From assembly GCA_937879965.1 (NCBI GenBank), contig CALFMP010000054.1, positions 148,909-212,908 on the forward strand: a stretch of DNA of 64,000 nucleotides, in the 5' to 3' direction. Shown piece by piece: positions 17,379 to 26,448 of the stretch (positions are counted from its first letter, which is position 1; each line of letters begins with the position of its first letter). Both the position numbers and the translations under genes were made by a program. The stretch is from an uncultured Candidatus Melainabacteria bacterium (lineage in GTDB: Bacteria; Cyanobacteriota; Vampirovibrionia; Obscuribacterales; Obscuribacteraceae). The notes beneath the pieces are model-generated. The model saw only the letters and a program-made list of their open reading frames with translations, was not told where the DNA came from and made no database searches.

Positions 17379-18359
17379 CTAACGAACCTTGTCTAATTTG
17401 TACACATCATGCTCGGTTGAAGTATCCGTGCTAATCGCATCTTTGTCGGTTGGATCATTGATTCGGCGCTGAATCTCATCTGCTTTTTCGAAACGATTTG
17501 TCTTCTTCAAGAGGCTGACGTACAGTTCTAACGCATCGATGGTTCTTCTGTGTTGTCTGCCATAAGCTTTGGTGCGGATATTGATCGCACGCTTGAGCAA
17601 TGGCTCTGCAACCGAGTAACGCTCCTGTGCCATGTACACACGCGCCAGATTCTTCAATTCAGTAGAGACGGTGTGATGCTCTTCGCCAAATGTGTTTTCG
17701 CGAATCTGCAGAGCTTCCATGAGCAGCGGCTCCATCTCCTTGTACATTTTCTTACGGCAGTACAAGTCCGCGAGTTTCGTCAACGCATCAGCTACAGAGA
17801 CATTCTGATTGCCAACCATCTGGCGCAACAAAGTAATTTCGGACTGCGCTTCCAAAATCATCGACTCGGTCACTTTTTTCGGCTTGTCAGACTTGCCGCT
17901 CAAATCTGTATGAGACAGCCCCAACTCTTCGTGATCGCTTGTCGCCGATTGGGGTTTGGCAGTCTCGTTGGTAGACTTCATCTTCGCAAAGTACGCATCG
18001 ACTGTCGGGATACCGCCCATCGAAAGCGTTAGCGGAGTGTCTTGAAGAGTGCGGCGCGCGTGCGGCGGAATGGTTCCACCACGACGGGCTGCGGCTGCTT
18101 CCTTCTCTCTTTTCTGTAGACTGATTTCGTATAATTTTTGACCGACGGCGGCAGCACCAGCGCGGTGAGGAGCAGCAGCGACCTCAAGAATACTGAGCGC
18201 GCGTTCGTATATCGATTCTGCCTTGAGCAAATCGCCCTGCTCAAGATATAGCGCCGCTAAACGTTGGAGGGTTATCGCCACCTCTGGGTTGTTCGAGCCC
18301 AACGCTTGTTCTTGAATCGTCAAAAATCTTTCGACATCTTCGATACTATTTACTTTCAT
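17379..18359 (-). CDS. TPR repeat protein (kinesin-light-chain-like TPRs)
   Basis: TPR_10/12-like repeats at both ends (ITLQRLAALYLEQGDLLKAESIYERAL; LKNLARVYMAQERYSVAEPLLKRAINI). Start uncertain: ATG at 18359 preferred, in-frame alternatives at 18419 (ATG) and 18440 (GTG). Confidence 0.7.
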   Translation of the reverse strand: MKVNSIEDVERFLTIQEQALGSNNPEVAITLQRLAALYLEQGDLLKAESIYERALSILEVAAAPHRAGAAAVGQKLYEISLQKREKEAAAARRGGTIPPHARRTLQDTPLTLSMGGIPTVDAYFAKMKSTNETAKPQSATSDHEELGLSHTDLSGKSDKPKKVTESMILEAQSEITLLRQMVGNQNVSVADALTKLADLYCRKKMYKEMEPLLMEALQIRENTFGEEHHTVSTELKNLARVYMAQERYSVAEPLLKRAINIRTKAYGRQHRRTIDALELYVSLLKKTNRFEKADEIQRRINDPTDKDAISTDTSTEHDVYKLDKVR

Positions 18360-18450
18360 GTTGGCACCGGCTTGGAATCCACAATCAAATTTCTTTTGCA
18401 CGGCGCCTGAATTAAACATTGGCGGCGCCCTGAGCACCACGCGCGATGCT

Positions 18451-18770
18451 CTCGCAACTAAGCTGCAAGCAAAACAGTCTTCTTTTGGCTGTCCGGGTCT
18501 CTTGGGGGGAAATTCCTGCCCGCAGGAGGACCCGTTATCATTCTCCCCCGATTATTCCAAGGACGAATTCCCCCATTCTTATAAACATGTACGGGGTAGG
18601 GGATACAAATCGGCAGGGTCAAAAAGGCAAGAGGTCCAACCTGCGGGCATTTCCGTCCAAAATATAGGCTTTCAGGGGGCCTGCTGGGCCAAATTTTCGT
18701 GTACGGGGCGGGTAATCTCCAGATAGGGCGGGCTCTCTCGGCACGAGACTGGAAATACAGCCCCAGACCA
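18451..18770 (-). ncRNA. Candidate structured non-coding RNA, class unresolved (tmRNA-tag-like mini-frame at its 3' part)
   Basis: No credible ORF. Mutually complementary G-runs and C-runs, nested hairpins, a duplicated GTACGGGG motif. A minus-strand frame reads DSQKKTVLLAA-stop, with the stop in a hairpin loop. tRNA-like acceptor and T-arm were not found, so the call is weak. Confidence 0.2.
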
Positions 18771-18787
18771 TCGGAAGTCTGGTGTAG

Positions 18788-18820
18788 AAAAACCGGCACC
18801 ATCGCAAGCTCATATGCCGG
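18788..18820 (-). terminator. Probable intrinsic terminator of metH
   Basis: The minus strand reads CCGGCA...UGCCGG hairpin followed by UUUUU, beginning 23 nt after the metH stop. Confidence 0.55.
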
Positions 18821-18842
18821 CTGGTCCGGCGCTCCGTTCGGT

Positions 18843-21800
18843 CTAAACGCGGGCAGATTCCTGGCGTTTTACATTGAAGTATTTCGCTTCCGGATGTACG
18901 ACAACAACAGCAGATGTTGATTGCTCCGGGACAAGCATAAATTCTTCACTCAAAGACACGCCAATGCGCTCAGGCTCCAGGAGCTGGAATAGTTGAACTT
19001 GATCTTCTAGATTGGGGCACGCTGGATATCCAAAACTATATCTGGTACCACGATATCCTTGCTGGAAGAATTTGTTGCGATCTTCTGCATCGAATTTCAC
19101 GAGTCCAAGTTCTTCACGCACGCGCTTGTGCATCACTTCGGCAAGACCTTCGGCAGATTCCACCGAGAGTCCATGGAAATACAGATAGTCAGTGTATTTA
19201 TCGCTCTTGAACAGCTGCTCGGAATGCACCGATGCACCTGCACCCATGGTGACAATTTGGGCAGGTAAAACATCAATCAATCCTTCAGCGCGCGTGTGGA
19301 AGAAGTCAGAAATGCAAAGATGGCGAGCGTGATCCTGACGTGGGAAATTGAAACGAGTCCACTCTTCGAGATCAGCTATATCTGAGGCTTTCAGCTTCAG
19401 TACTTGGCCTGTCTTAGCATCCAATTCCTTCACGGCTTTGAGGAATGATTCGTTTACTTTGTAGACAATCAAATCATTGCCGTCTGCCAGAACCGGAAAA
19501 TATCCGTAGACTGCTTTCGGAACCAGAAGTTTTTTCTCGATGCATTCTTTCTCTAAGGCGCGAAGAACGGGACGTACCTTCGTATCGAGTAGCTGTTCGT
19601 ACTCGGCTTCGGAAGTATCACCCTGTCGCACTCGCCACTGTCCGCGGATCAGCGCGTTCTCGTTGATGTACTTGAACACCTCAGAAAGTGGAACATCCTC
19701 AACAACTTTGCTGCCCCAAAACGGTGGTGCAAAAGTATCTTCATTGCGTTTCACATCAGAGCTTTCATGCGGCTTTGCACCGTTCTTCGGCGGCTCGGTT
19801 GAAGAAGCGGTACCAGAAGTTGCAGCAGCTTGATCTTCCGGACTGAAATCCAAAGTCGCCGGTTGAGTTTTCTTTTCTGAAACTTTGACAGCGTTGGAAG
19901 TTGCGCTCGATGCCGTCTTTGTTTGCTCGGCAGCAACAACATCATCAGGCTCTCTACCATTGCTATCGTCGTCTGCATCGGGGTTATGCTGTCCGGGCTG
20001 AGCACCCATCATCTTGGTGAGCAAAGCCTGATCTTTGTTTGCCAGCCCTTCCATGATCTTCAAATCGTCAAAAGCGTCTTGACCATAGAAAAGCGTTCCT
20101 TTGTAAACGCGACGACAATCATCTTCGACGTATCGACGAGTAAGCGCAGCTCCGCCGAGAATCACAGGAATTCCGATGCCACGTTGATTGAGAATCTCCA
20201 GATTCTCTTTCATGATGACCGTCGACTTTACCAGCAATCCGCTCATGCCTACGCAATCGGCTTTGTTCTCAATTGCTGATGCGATGATGTTTTCGATCGG
20301 CTGTTTAATACCAAGATTGATTACTTTGTAGCCGTTGTTGCTCAAGATGATGTCGACAAGATTCTTGCCGATATCGTGGACGTCGCCCTTGACTGTCGCC
20401 AACACCATAGTGCCGCGCTGAGAGCCTTCGACCTTCTCCATAAACTGTTCGAGATAAGCAACGGAAGCTTTCATTGTCTCCGCCGATTGCAGCACGAACG
20501 GCAATTGCATTTTGCCTGCACCAAACAAGTCGCCGACAACTTTCATGCCTTCGAGCAAAATAGAGTTGATAATTTCGAGCGGTGCGTATTTCTTCAGCGC
20601 GATATCGAGATCCTTCTCCAATGCGACACGGTTACCGTCGATAATGCGCTCTTTGAGAACATCTTCAATCTCCTGCGGTCCTCTATCTTTGACAGACGCA
20701 GATTTCTTGGTATCGGTATTCTGATAGTACTCAAGCAATTTGAAGAGCGGATCGTAGTCTGGCGTGCGCTCGTCAAAGACCAGCTTTCTGTGCAACTCGC
20801 GCTCGGCTTCGTCAATTTTGTAGAGTGGCAGAATCTTCTGCGCATTGACGATTGCCATATCAAGACCGGCTTCCACAGCGTAATGCAGGAATACCGAATT
20901 CAAAATCTGCCGGATGTGAGGATCAAAACCAAATGAGATGTTGCTGACACCAAGCACGGTCTTAACCCCAGGCAAGGTTTCCTTGATCATGCGAATGCCG
21001 TCTAGAGTCGCCAGCCCAAGCTTGCGATCATCCTCATTACCGGTAGATAGCGTAAATGTGAGGGCATCGAAGATCAAATCTTCCGGGCGCAAACCTTCGG
21101 CAAGCGCAAGATCATAAATCCTTTTTGCAACTTCGAGCTTCTGTTCCGCTTCCTTTGCCATTCCATTTTCGTCAATGGTGAGCGCGATAGTTGCCGCGCC
21201 GAAGCGCTTGATCAGGCGAACCTTCTTGAGCATCTTATCGACGCCGTCTTCGAGGTTGATCGAATTGATAATCGGGCGCCCGGCGATAAGCTTCAACGCT
21301 TCTTCCAAAACTGGAAATTCGGTTGAATCAATTACCTGCGGAATCTGCAATTCAGTGTTCAAACGCTTGATGAAAGTCGACATGTCTTTGACTTCATCGC
21401 GACCAACATAGGCGGTGCAAACGTCTAGCACATGCGCGCCTTCCTTTTCCTGGTCGCGCGCCATCGCCACCATGCCGTCCCAATCTTCTTTGTTGAGCAG
21501 CTGTTTGAATTTGCGGCTGCCATTAGTATTTGTTCGCTCTCCAATGATGAGCGGTGCAGGATCAACATGCAGCGCCACCGATGTGTAAATGCTTGCAGCA
21601 GCAGGAGTGTATTCTGGATGTCGCACTTTCGGCGCAACATGACCGACCACTTCGACCACGCGTTTCAAGTGTGCAGGCGTCGTGCCGCAGCATCCGCCGA
21701 TCACGTTGACGCCCAGTTCGTTGACGAAATATTTGAGCGAATTGGCCAAATCATCCGGCGTAAGCTTGTAAACAGTCTGCCCGTTAACATTTTCAGGCAG

Positions 21801-22556
21801 CCCGGCATTCGGCAAACAGGAAACATACTTGGTCGTGTTCATCGTCAAGTACTGGACCGGATCAATCATTTCGCTCGGGCCAGTCGCACAGTTGATGCCG
21901 ATTACATCAATTGGAAACGCACAGAGAGTGGCGAGCGCAGCAGAGATATCGGTGCCGACCAGCATCGTTCCGAGTGGCGGTGCTTCGATGGTCACTTGCG
22001 TGATAATCGGAACTTTGCGCCCGATCTTCTGGAAATAGTCGACCATCGCAACAACGGCTGCTTTCGCCTGCAGCAAATCCTGTCCGGTTTCGAACTGAAG
22101 ACAATCAACTCCGCCATCCACCAGCCCTGAGACCTGGACATAGTAAGCGGCGCACATCTCATCAAAACTTATATGACCGAGCGAAGGCAGTTTTGTCGTT
22201 GGTCCGATGGAACCGGAAACATAACGCTGTTGCCCGTTTTTCGAATACGCGTCGGCAACTTCTCGAGCCAACTCTGCGGCTCTCTTGTTTAACTCGTAGG
22301 CCCTGTCCTCCAGGCCAAACTCAGCCAGGACCACCGGCGAACCGCCGAACGTATCGGTTTCTACAACATCGCAGCCGACTTTGAAAAATGACTCGTGAAT
22401 TTCTTTGATGACTTCCGGTCGACTCACCACCAGAATTTCCGGGCAATTTTCCGCGCCCTGGTAATCGTCCAGGGTCAGGTCATAAGTGTGAATGGACGTG
22501 CCCATAGCCCCATCGAAGATGAGGACCTTTTCTTTTAGCGCGTCGAGAAATTGCAT
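18843..22556 (-). CDS. metH: Cobalamin-dependent methionine synthase
   Basis: 1237 aa. Hcy-binding domain (GGCCGTTPAHL), pterin-binding domain, B12-binding domain (DVHDIGKN), and a C-terminal AdoMet-activation domain. A low-complexity linker precedes the activation domain. Confidence 0.97.
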   Translation of the reverse strand: MQFLDALKEKVLIFDGAMGTSIHTYDLTLDDYQGAENCPEILVVSRPEVIKEIHESFFKVGCDVVETDTFGGSPVVLAEFGLEDRAYELNKRAAELAREVADAYSKNGQQRYVSGSIGPTTKLPSLGHISFDEMCAAYYVQVSGLVDGGVDCLQFETGQDLLQAKAAVVAMVDYFQKIGRKVPIITQVTIEAPPLGTMLVGTDISAALATLCAFPIDVIGINCATGPSEMIDPVQYLTMNTTKYVSCLPNAGLPENVNGQTVYKLTPDDLANSLKYFVNELGVNVIGGCCGTTPAHLKRVVEVVGHVAPKVRHPEYTPAAASIYTSVALHVDPAPLIIGERTNTNGSRKFKQLLNKEDWDGMVAMARDQEKEGAHVLDVCTAYVGRDEVKDMSTFIKRLNTELQIPQVIDSTEFPVLEEALKLIAGRPIINSINLEDGVDKMLKKVRLIKRFGAATIALTIDENGMAKEAEQKLEVAKRIYDLALAEGLRPEDLIFDALTFTLSTGNEDDRKLGLATLDGIRMIKETLPGVKTVLGVSNISFGFDPHIRQILNSVFLHYAVEAGLDMAIVNAQKILPLYKIDEAERELHRKLVFDERTPDYDPLFKLLEYYQNTDTKKSASVKDRGPQEIEDVLKERIIDGNRVALEKDLDIALKKYAPLEIINSILLEGMKVVGDLFGAGKMQLPFVLQSAETMKASVAYLEQFMEKVEGSQRGTMVLATVKGDVHDIGKNLVDIILSNNGYKVINLGIKQPIENIIASAIENKADCVGMSGLLVKSTVIMKENLEILNQRGIGIPVILGGAALTRRYVEDDCRRVYKGTLFYGQDAFDDLKIMEGLANKDQALLTKMMGAQPGQHNPDADDDSNGREPDDVVAAEQTKTASSATSNAVKVSEKKTQPATLDFSPEDQAAATSGTASSTEPPKNGAKPHESSDVKRNEDTFAPPFWGSKVVEDVPLSEVFKYINENALIRGQWRVRQGDTSEAEYEQLLDTKVRPVLRALEKECIEKKLLVPKAVYGYFPVLADGNDLIVYKVNESFLKAVKELDAKTGQVLKLKASDIADLEEWTRFNFPRQDHARHLCISDFFHTRAEGLIDVLPAQIVTMGAGASVHSEQLFKSDKYTDYLYFHGLSVESAEGLAEVMHKRVREELGLVKFDAEDRNKFFQQGYRGTRYSFGYPACPNLEDQVQLFQLLEPERIGVSLSEEFMLVPEQSTSAVVVVHPEAKYFNVKRQESARV

Positions 22557-22572
22557 TGCTGGCGCGTACCCT

Positions 22573-22599
22573 GGATGCCTCGGATGCCTCGGATGCCTC
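22573..22599. repeat. Perfect 3 x 9-nt tandem repeat (GGATGCCTC) in the metH 5' leader
   Basis: Three exact consecutive copies, 17-43 nt upstream of the metH start codon. On the mRNA strand it reads GAGGCAUCC x3. Confidence 0.9.
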
Positions 22600-22748
22600 G
22601 AAAGTCACGGAAGTCGCGAACGCCAAACCGGCTTCGTTCGAATTCGAGGCGCATCCTGTATCTAGTAAGACAGGCTGATCCTCAGCCTAATTATTGCCTA
22701 TTATTCGCTTTAGAACTCAAACAAGCCAGCGAATGTGAATCTCGCGCT

Positions 22749-22973
22749 TCAAGCTACTGAGCTGTGACCAGGCTTCCAGGTCAGCTCACAAACGCCGTTT
22801 TTACAAACAGGCTGAGGCTCTTGAGACTCTTGAGGTGGATGTTCGATTGAAGGGTTCTGAGGGGCGTGCGCGCCGCATCCATAGCTATCCAAGGTAGTCC
22901 AATCAAGCGAGTTCTCGATTGTGCGCCTGTTCTGCATTATCATCTCAGTGTCCCCCGGGTTCCTTTTAGGCAA
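22749..22973 (-). CDS. Hypothetical small Cys-containing protein
   Basis: 74-aa ORF (a shorter start at MIMQ is possible). No family recognised. Coding status uncertain. Confidence 0.3.
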   Translation of the reverse strand: MPKRNPGDTEMIMQNRRTIENSLDWTTLDSYGCGAHAPQNPSIEHPPQESQEPQPVCKNGVCELTWKPGHSSVA

Positions 22974-23223
22974 AGGCCTAGCAGCAGTTTTGTTCCTCGG
23001 GCATCCGCTCTTTGCAACGTGTCAAGTGGTTAAGTTAGGGAGAGGCAAGATTAAATATCGGACGCGGCATTGTCAGACCAAGCGTGTTTAACACTGAGTA
23101 AAAGAGGCAAGATCAAGAAAGGGAGACACTCATGGGACTTCGAAGCTGAGTTTTTTGATTCGACCTAAAATTGGTTCCTGAACAGTTTGCTTATTACTGC
23201 CCCGCCCGTCACTTAGGAATCTC

Positions 23224-24594
23224 ATGACTGCCAACGAAGAATCCATCAAGGCGCTGCGCGAGGCGCTCAATGTGTCACCCGACAACGCGCCACTTCGTAT
23301 TCACCTGGGTGAATTGCTCAACTCCAGCGCTCGCCACGACGAAGCAGAAAAGGAATTCTCAACGGCGCTCACTCTCTCACCCGGCAACGAGGCAGCAAAG
23401 CTGGGTTTGGCATACAGCTGTTACTACCTGGGCAAATACTCACAGGCTCTGGTTATAGTCGAAGATTTGATCAAGCTGACGAAGCCGCCCGCCAAAGCAT
23501 TTATCATCCACTCGCGTTTGTTGTTCAATGATGGCGAACTGGAGAAAGCTCGGCACGCTTACAGACGCGGAACGGAAATAGACTCGTCCGTTCAAGATGC
23601 AAGCTTGTGTGAGTGGCTTGGTTTGAATGATTCGCCGATAACAACTCCATTGGAGCGTGCGGCCGTTACTTCTGATGGCAAAGTCAGAAACTTTGTCACC
23701 AATGAAGATCCGGACGACCACTCAACTTTCTTAGATATAGAAAGGTCAGATATCAGCTTTGAAAACGTCGGGGGCATGGAAGACGTCAAAGAACAAGTGC
23801 GGATGAAGATAATCTATCCGCTCGAGAACCAGGAAATGTTCAAACAGTACGGAAAGAAGATCGGTGGCGGTATTTTGATGTACGGACCACCTGGGTGTGG
23901 AAAAACATTCTTGGCACGTGCCACCGCCGGTGAAATCAAAGCTAATTTCATGAGCGTCGGAATAAATGACGTTCTCGATATGTTTATCGGAGAAAGCGAA
24001 AGGCATCTTCACGAAATTTTCGAGAGTGCTAGACGCAACACTCCCTGCGTTGTCTTCTTCGATGAGGTCGATGCACTTGCAGCAAGCCGCAGTGACATGC
24101 GCAAGAGCGGAACTCGCCAGACCATCAACCAGTTTCTACAAGAACTGGATGGCGTTGACAATTCAAACGAGGGGGTGCTAATTCTGGCGGCAACTAATGC
24201 ACCATGGCACTTGGACAGCGCGTTTCGACGTCCAGGCAGATTCGACAGAATCATCTTCGTGCCACCACCCGATCAAAAAGCCCGCGCCGATATTCTGCGT
24301 TTAACCCTAAAGGGAAAACCAGTAGACAACATCGAATACGAACTTCTGTCAAAGAAAACAGAAAAATTTTCCGGTGCGGATATTTTCGCCGTAGTCGATC
24401 ACGCAGTTGAAGCTAAACTTTCACAGGCAATGAAAGAAGGTGTGCCCAAGCCAATTACCACAAAGGATTTGGAAAACGCTATTAAAAATGTAAAACCATC
24501 CACGGCAGAATGGTTTGCCACTGCACGCAACTACGCGCTTTATTCCAATCAAGGCGGTGCCTACGATGACATTGTCAAATACATGAAACTCTAG
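23224..24594 (+). CDS. TPR-domain AAA+ ATPase (CDC48/FtsH-type AAA module)
   Basis: N-terminal TPRs, then Walker A GPPGCGKT, Walker B VVFFDEVD, and a second region of homology (ATNAPWHLDSAFRRPGRFDR). Confidence 0.85.
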   Translation: MTANEESIKALREALNVSPDNAPLRIHLGELLNSSARHDEAEKEFSTALTLSPGNEAAKLGLAYSCYYLGKYSQALVIVEDLIKLTKPPAKAFIIHSRLLFNDGELEKARHAYRRGTEIDSSVQDASLCEWLGLNDSPITTPLERAAVTSDGKVRNFVTNEDPDDHSTFLDIERSDISFENVGGMEDVKEQVRMKIIYPLENQEMFKQYGKKIGGGILMYGPPGCGKTFLARATAGEIKANFMSVGINDVLDMFIGESERHLHEIFESARRNTPCVVFFDEVDALAASRSDMRKSGTRQTINQFLQELDGVDNSNEGVLILAATNAPWHLDSAFRRPGRFDRIIFVPPPDQKARADILRLTLKGKPVDNIEYELLSKKTEKFSGADIFAVVDHAVEAKLSQAMKEGVPKPITTKDLENAIKNVKPSTAEWFATARNYALYSNQGGAYDDIVKYMKL

Positions 24595-24606
24595 AGTTAC
24601 CGCTGC

Positions 24607-25824
24607 GTGACTGACCATATTGAACGAGGATCCATTCTCTACGATTCACGCCGTTTCAAAATGGCGGAGGACGAGTTTCGACTGGCGATTGCTGAGAATC
24701 CCACCGACTCGTACGCGCACGGAATGCTTGCCTTAGCGCTTGCGGCGCTAAGACGCTTTGATGAGGCGATCAAAGAAGCAAAAGAGTGCATAAATCTGGA
24801 ACCAGACAACTCCTGGAACCATTACGCAATCTCGTTTGTTTATTATCACTGGGGGCGACAGAAGGAAGCGCTCAACGCAATCGAAGAAGCGCTCAGGTTG
24901 AATCCACACCATGCTACATATTTCGGCATGGCCGCGGAGATTCACTTGATGCGAGACGAATGGCAAAAAGCTCTAGTCATGGCTGAGTTAGGTCTCGAAG
25001 CTTCTGCGCAAAACGTAGACTGCTTGAACTGCCGGGCGATCGCTTTGTCAAAACTCGGCAAACATAAAGAGGCGGAAGTCTCTGTCGATCAGGCCTTAGC
25101 ACACGATCCGGAAAACGACATATCGCATGCAAATAAAGCTTCGATTTTGTTTCGACAGGGAAAACCGACGGAATCTGCCGAACATTATCGCGAAGCTTTG
25201 CGCTTGAACCCGAACTCGAGGTGGGCGCGTGAAGGAATTCTCGAAGCACTGAAGGCGCGCAATCCCATTTATTACCCGTTTGCCTACATCACTGCAAAAA
25301 TCTCAGACATGGACAGACGCGCATCCCTTGCGTTTGCTCTCATTTTGATATTTGTCCCGCCGTTGCGCTCGCTGACGTTCTTCTTATTGATTTTGGCCTT
25401 GGCTGCAAGAAAGTTTTTCAATCTTCTTTTGTTGCTGGATCCCTTCGGGAAACGCATTCTTACTGAAGATGAACGCGCATCCACAGCCTGTTTCGGAGTG
25501 TGGCTGGCAGTTCTAGTTTCTTCAATAATCGTCTTTCTTCTTTTCAAACCGATCGCGATCGTTGCACCTCTAGCGATCGTGTTTCAAGTTCTATTGCTCG
25601 TACCGTTGATGCGAATTTTCGATGTAACTCCAGGTATTCGCCGCGACATCCTCACAGCTATCACCGCAGTTACAGCAATTCTTGGCATTTGGAGCATTGT
25701 CTCAAGTGGTCTGGGCGGACGTGATTTCGATCACGTCACAGAAAGCGAGAAAATGATGTGCGGCGTATTTGTTTTGGTATGCCTGCTATCGATCTTTTAC
25801 CCCAACGGAAAGACAGAAGAGTAG
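24607..25824 (+). CDS. TPR repeat protein with a C-terminal multi-pass membrane domain
   Basis: GTG start 13 nt after the AAA gene stop. About 6 TPRs, followed by 4-5 hydrophobic helices (LAFALILIFVPP..., FFLLILALAA..., VWLAVLVSSIIVFLLF...). Confidence 0.7.
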   Translation: MTDHIERGSILYDSRRFKMAEDEFRLAIAENPTDSYAHGMLALALAALRRFDEAIKEAKECINLEPDNSWNHYAISFVYYHWGRQKEALNAIEEALRLNPHHATYFGMAAEIHLMRDEWQKALVMAELGLEASAQNVDCLNCRAIALSKLGKHKEAEVSVDQALAHDPENDISHANKASILFRQGKPTESAEHYREALRLNPNSRWAREGILEALKARNPIYYPFAYITAKISDMDRRASLAFALILIFVPPLRSLTFFLLILALAARKFFNLLLLLDPFGKRILTEDERASTACFGVWLAVLVSSIIVFLLFKPIAIVAPLAIVFQVLLLVPLMRIFDVTPGIRRDILTAITAVTAILGIWSIVSSGLGGRDFDHVTESEKMMCGVFVLVCLLSIFYPNGKTEE

Positions 25825-25953
25825 AGAGAATAGAATTCAGTCAAAACGCGGAAGCTGTCTCGCTTCAAGTGGGAATTCTACGCTGCCACATTCACGCAAA
25901 GCTCACATGTTTCGCGGGAGTCTATCGATATCCCCCAAGGCAGAGGTCTTTCC

Positions 25954-26238
25954 ATGTCCCAAACCATAGCTACACCTACTTTCGCGCCAACCCCGATGGG
26001 GGAAATCGACGATGACAAAGTGACCTCCATGCTGGCGTCGTTCTTCAGCAATAATTGGGTGAAGGCATGCAACGGCGACGTCAAAGCCGCGGTGGAATTG
26101 CAGCACTACGCCAGTCGCGCAGGACAGTACGGCGACCACTACGAGATGACCAACAAAATTCTCGACAAAATGACTCCTGAAGCCGCCGACAAACTCAGAC
26201 AAGCAATCGAGACAGGAAGCGTAATCTCTTTCGAATAA
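25954..26238 (+). CDS. Hypothetical small protein
   Basis: 94-aa ORF with a GGCAGAGG-like RBS. Helical, coding-like composition. Confidence 0.45.
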   Translation: MSQTIATPTFAPTPMGEIDDDKVTSMLASFFSNNWVKACNGDVKAAVELQHYASRAGQYGDHYEMTNKILDKMTPEAADKLRQAIETGSVISFE

Positions 26239-26256
26239 TAGCCTTCTGATTGAATT

Positions 26257-26447
26257 GCCGGTGAGCCGCCGACGCTCCCAGTAGAACTGCAAAATCAGCA
26301 CAATTACGATTGTAGGGGCGGCATTTTTGCCGCCCGCAGGCGACGCATGGCGTCGCCTCTACAATAACGAGGGCGGCATACACGCATCCCGAGAGAGTCG
26401 CATCGCATTGCCCCGACAATAACGGGCGCGTGCAACGCGCCCCTACG
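26257..26447. repeat. REP-like hairpin cluster (about 5 hairpins)
   Basis: GCCGGTGAGCCGCCGAC, GTAGGGGCGGCATTTTTGCCGCCC, GGCGACGCATGGCGTCGCC, GGGCGCGTGCAACGCGCCCCTAC. Lies between convergent genes. Confidence 0.8.
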
Positions 26448-26448
26448 C

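Noticed and set aside
18451-18770. Confident tmRNA (ssrA) call
   Set aside because: The LAA-terminated tag-like frame and the upstream pseudoknot-like element are suggestive. However, no T-arm, G-U acceptor stem or CCA end could be found in either the standard or the permuted order. It is kept only as a low-confidence structured-RNA candidate.
18458-18802. 114-aa minus-strand ORF in the metH-TPR intergenic region
   Set aside because: Its Pro/Arg/Gly-rich composition arises from G/C runs, and there is no RBS. The region is better explained as structured non-coding sequence.
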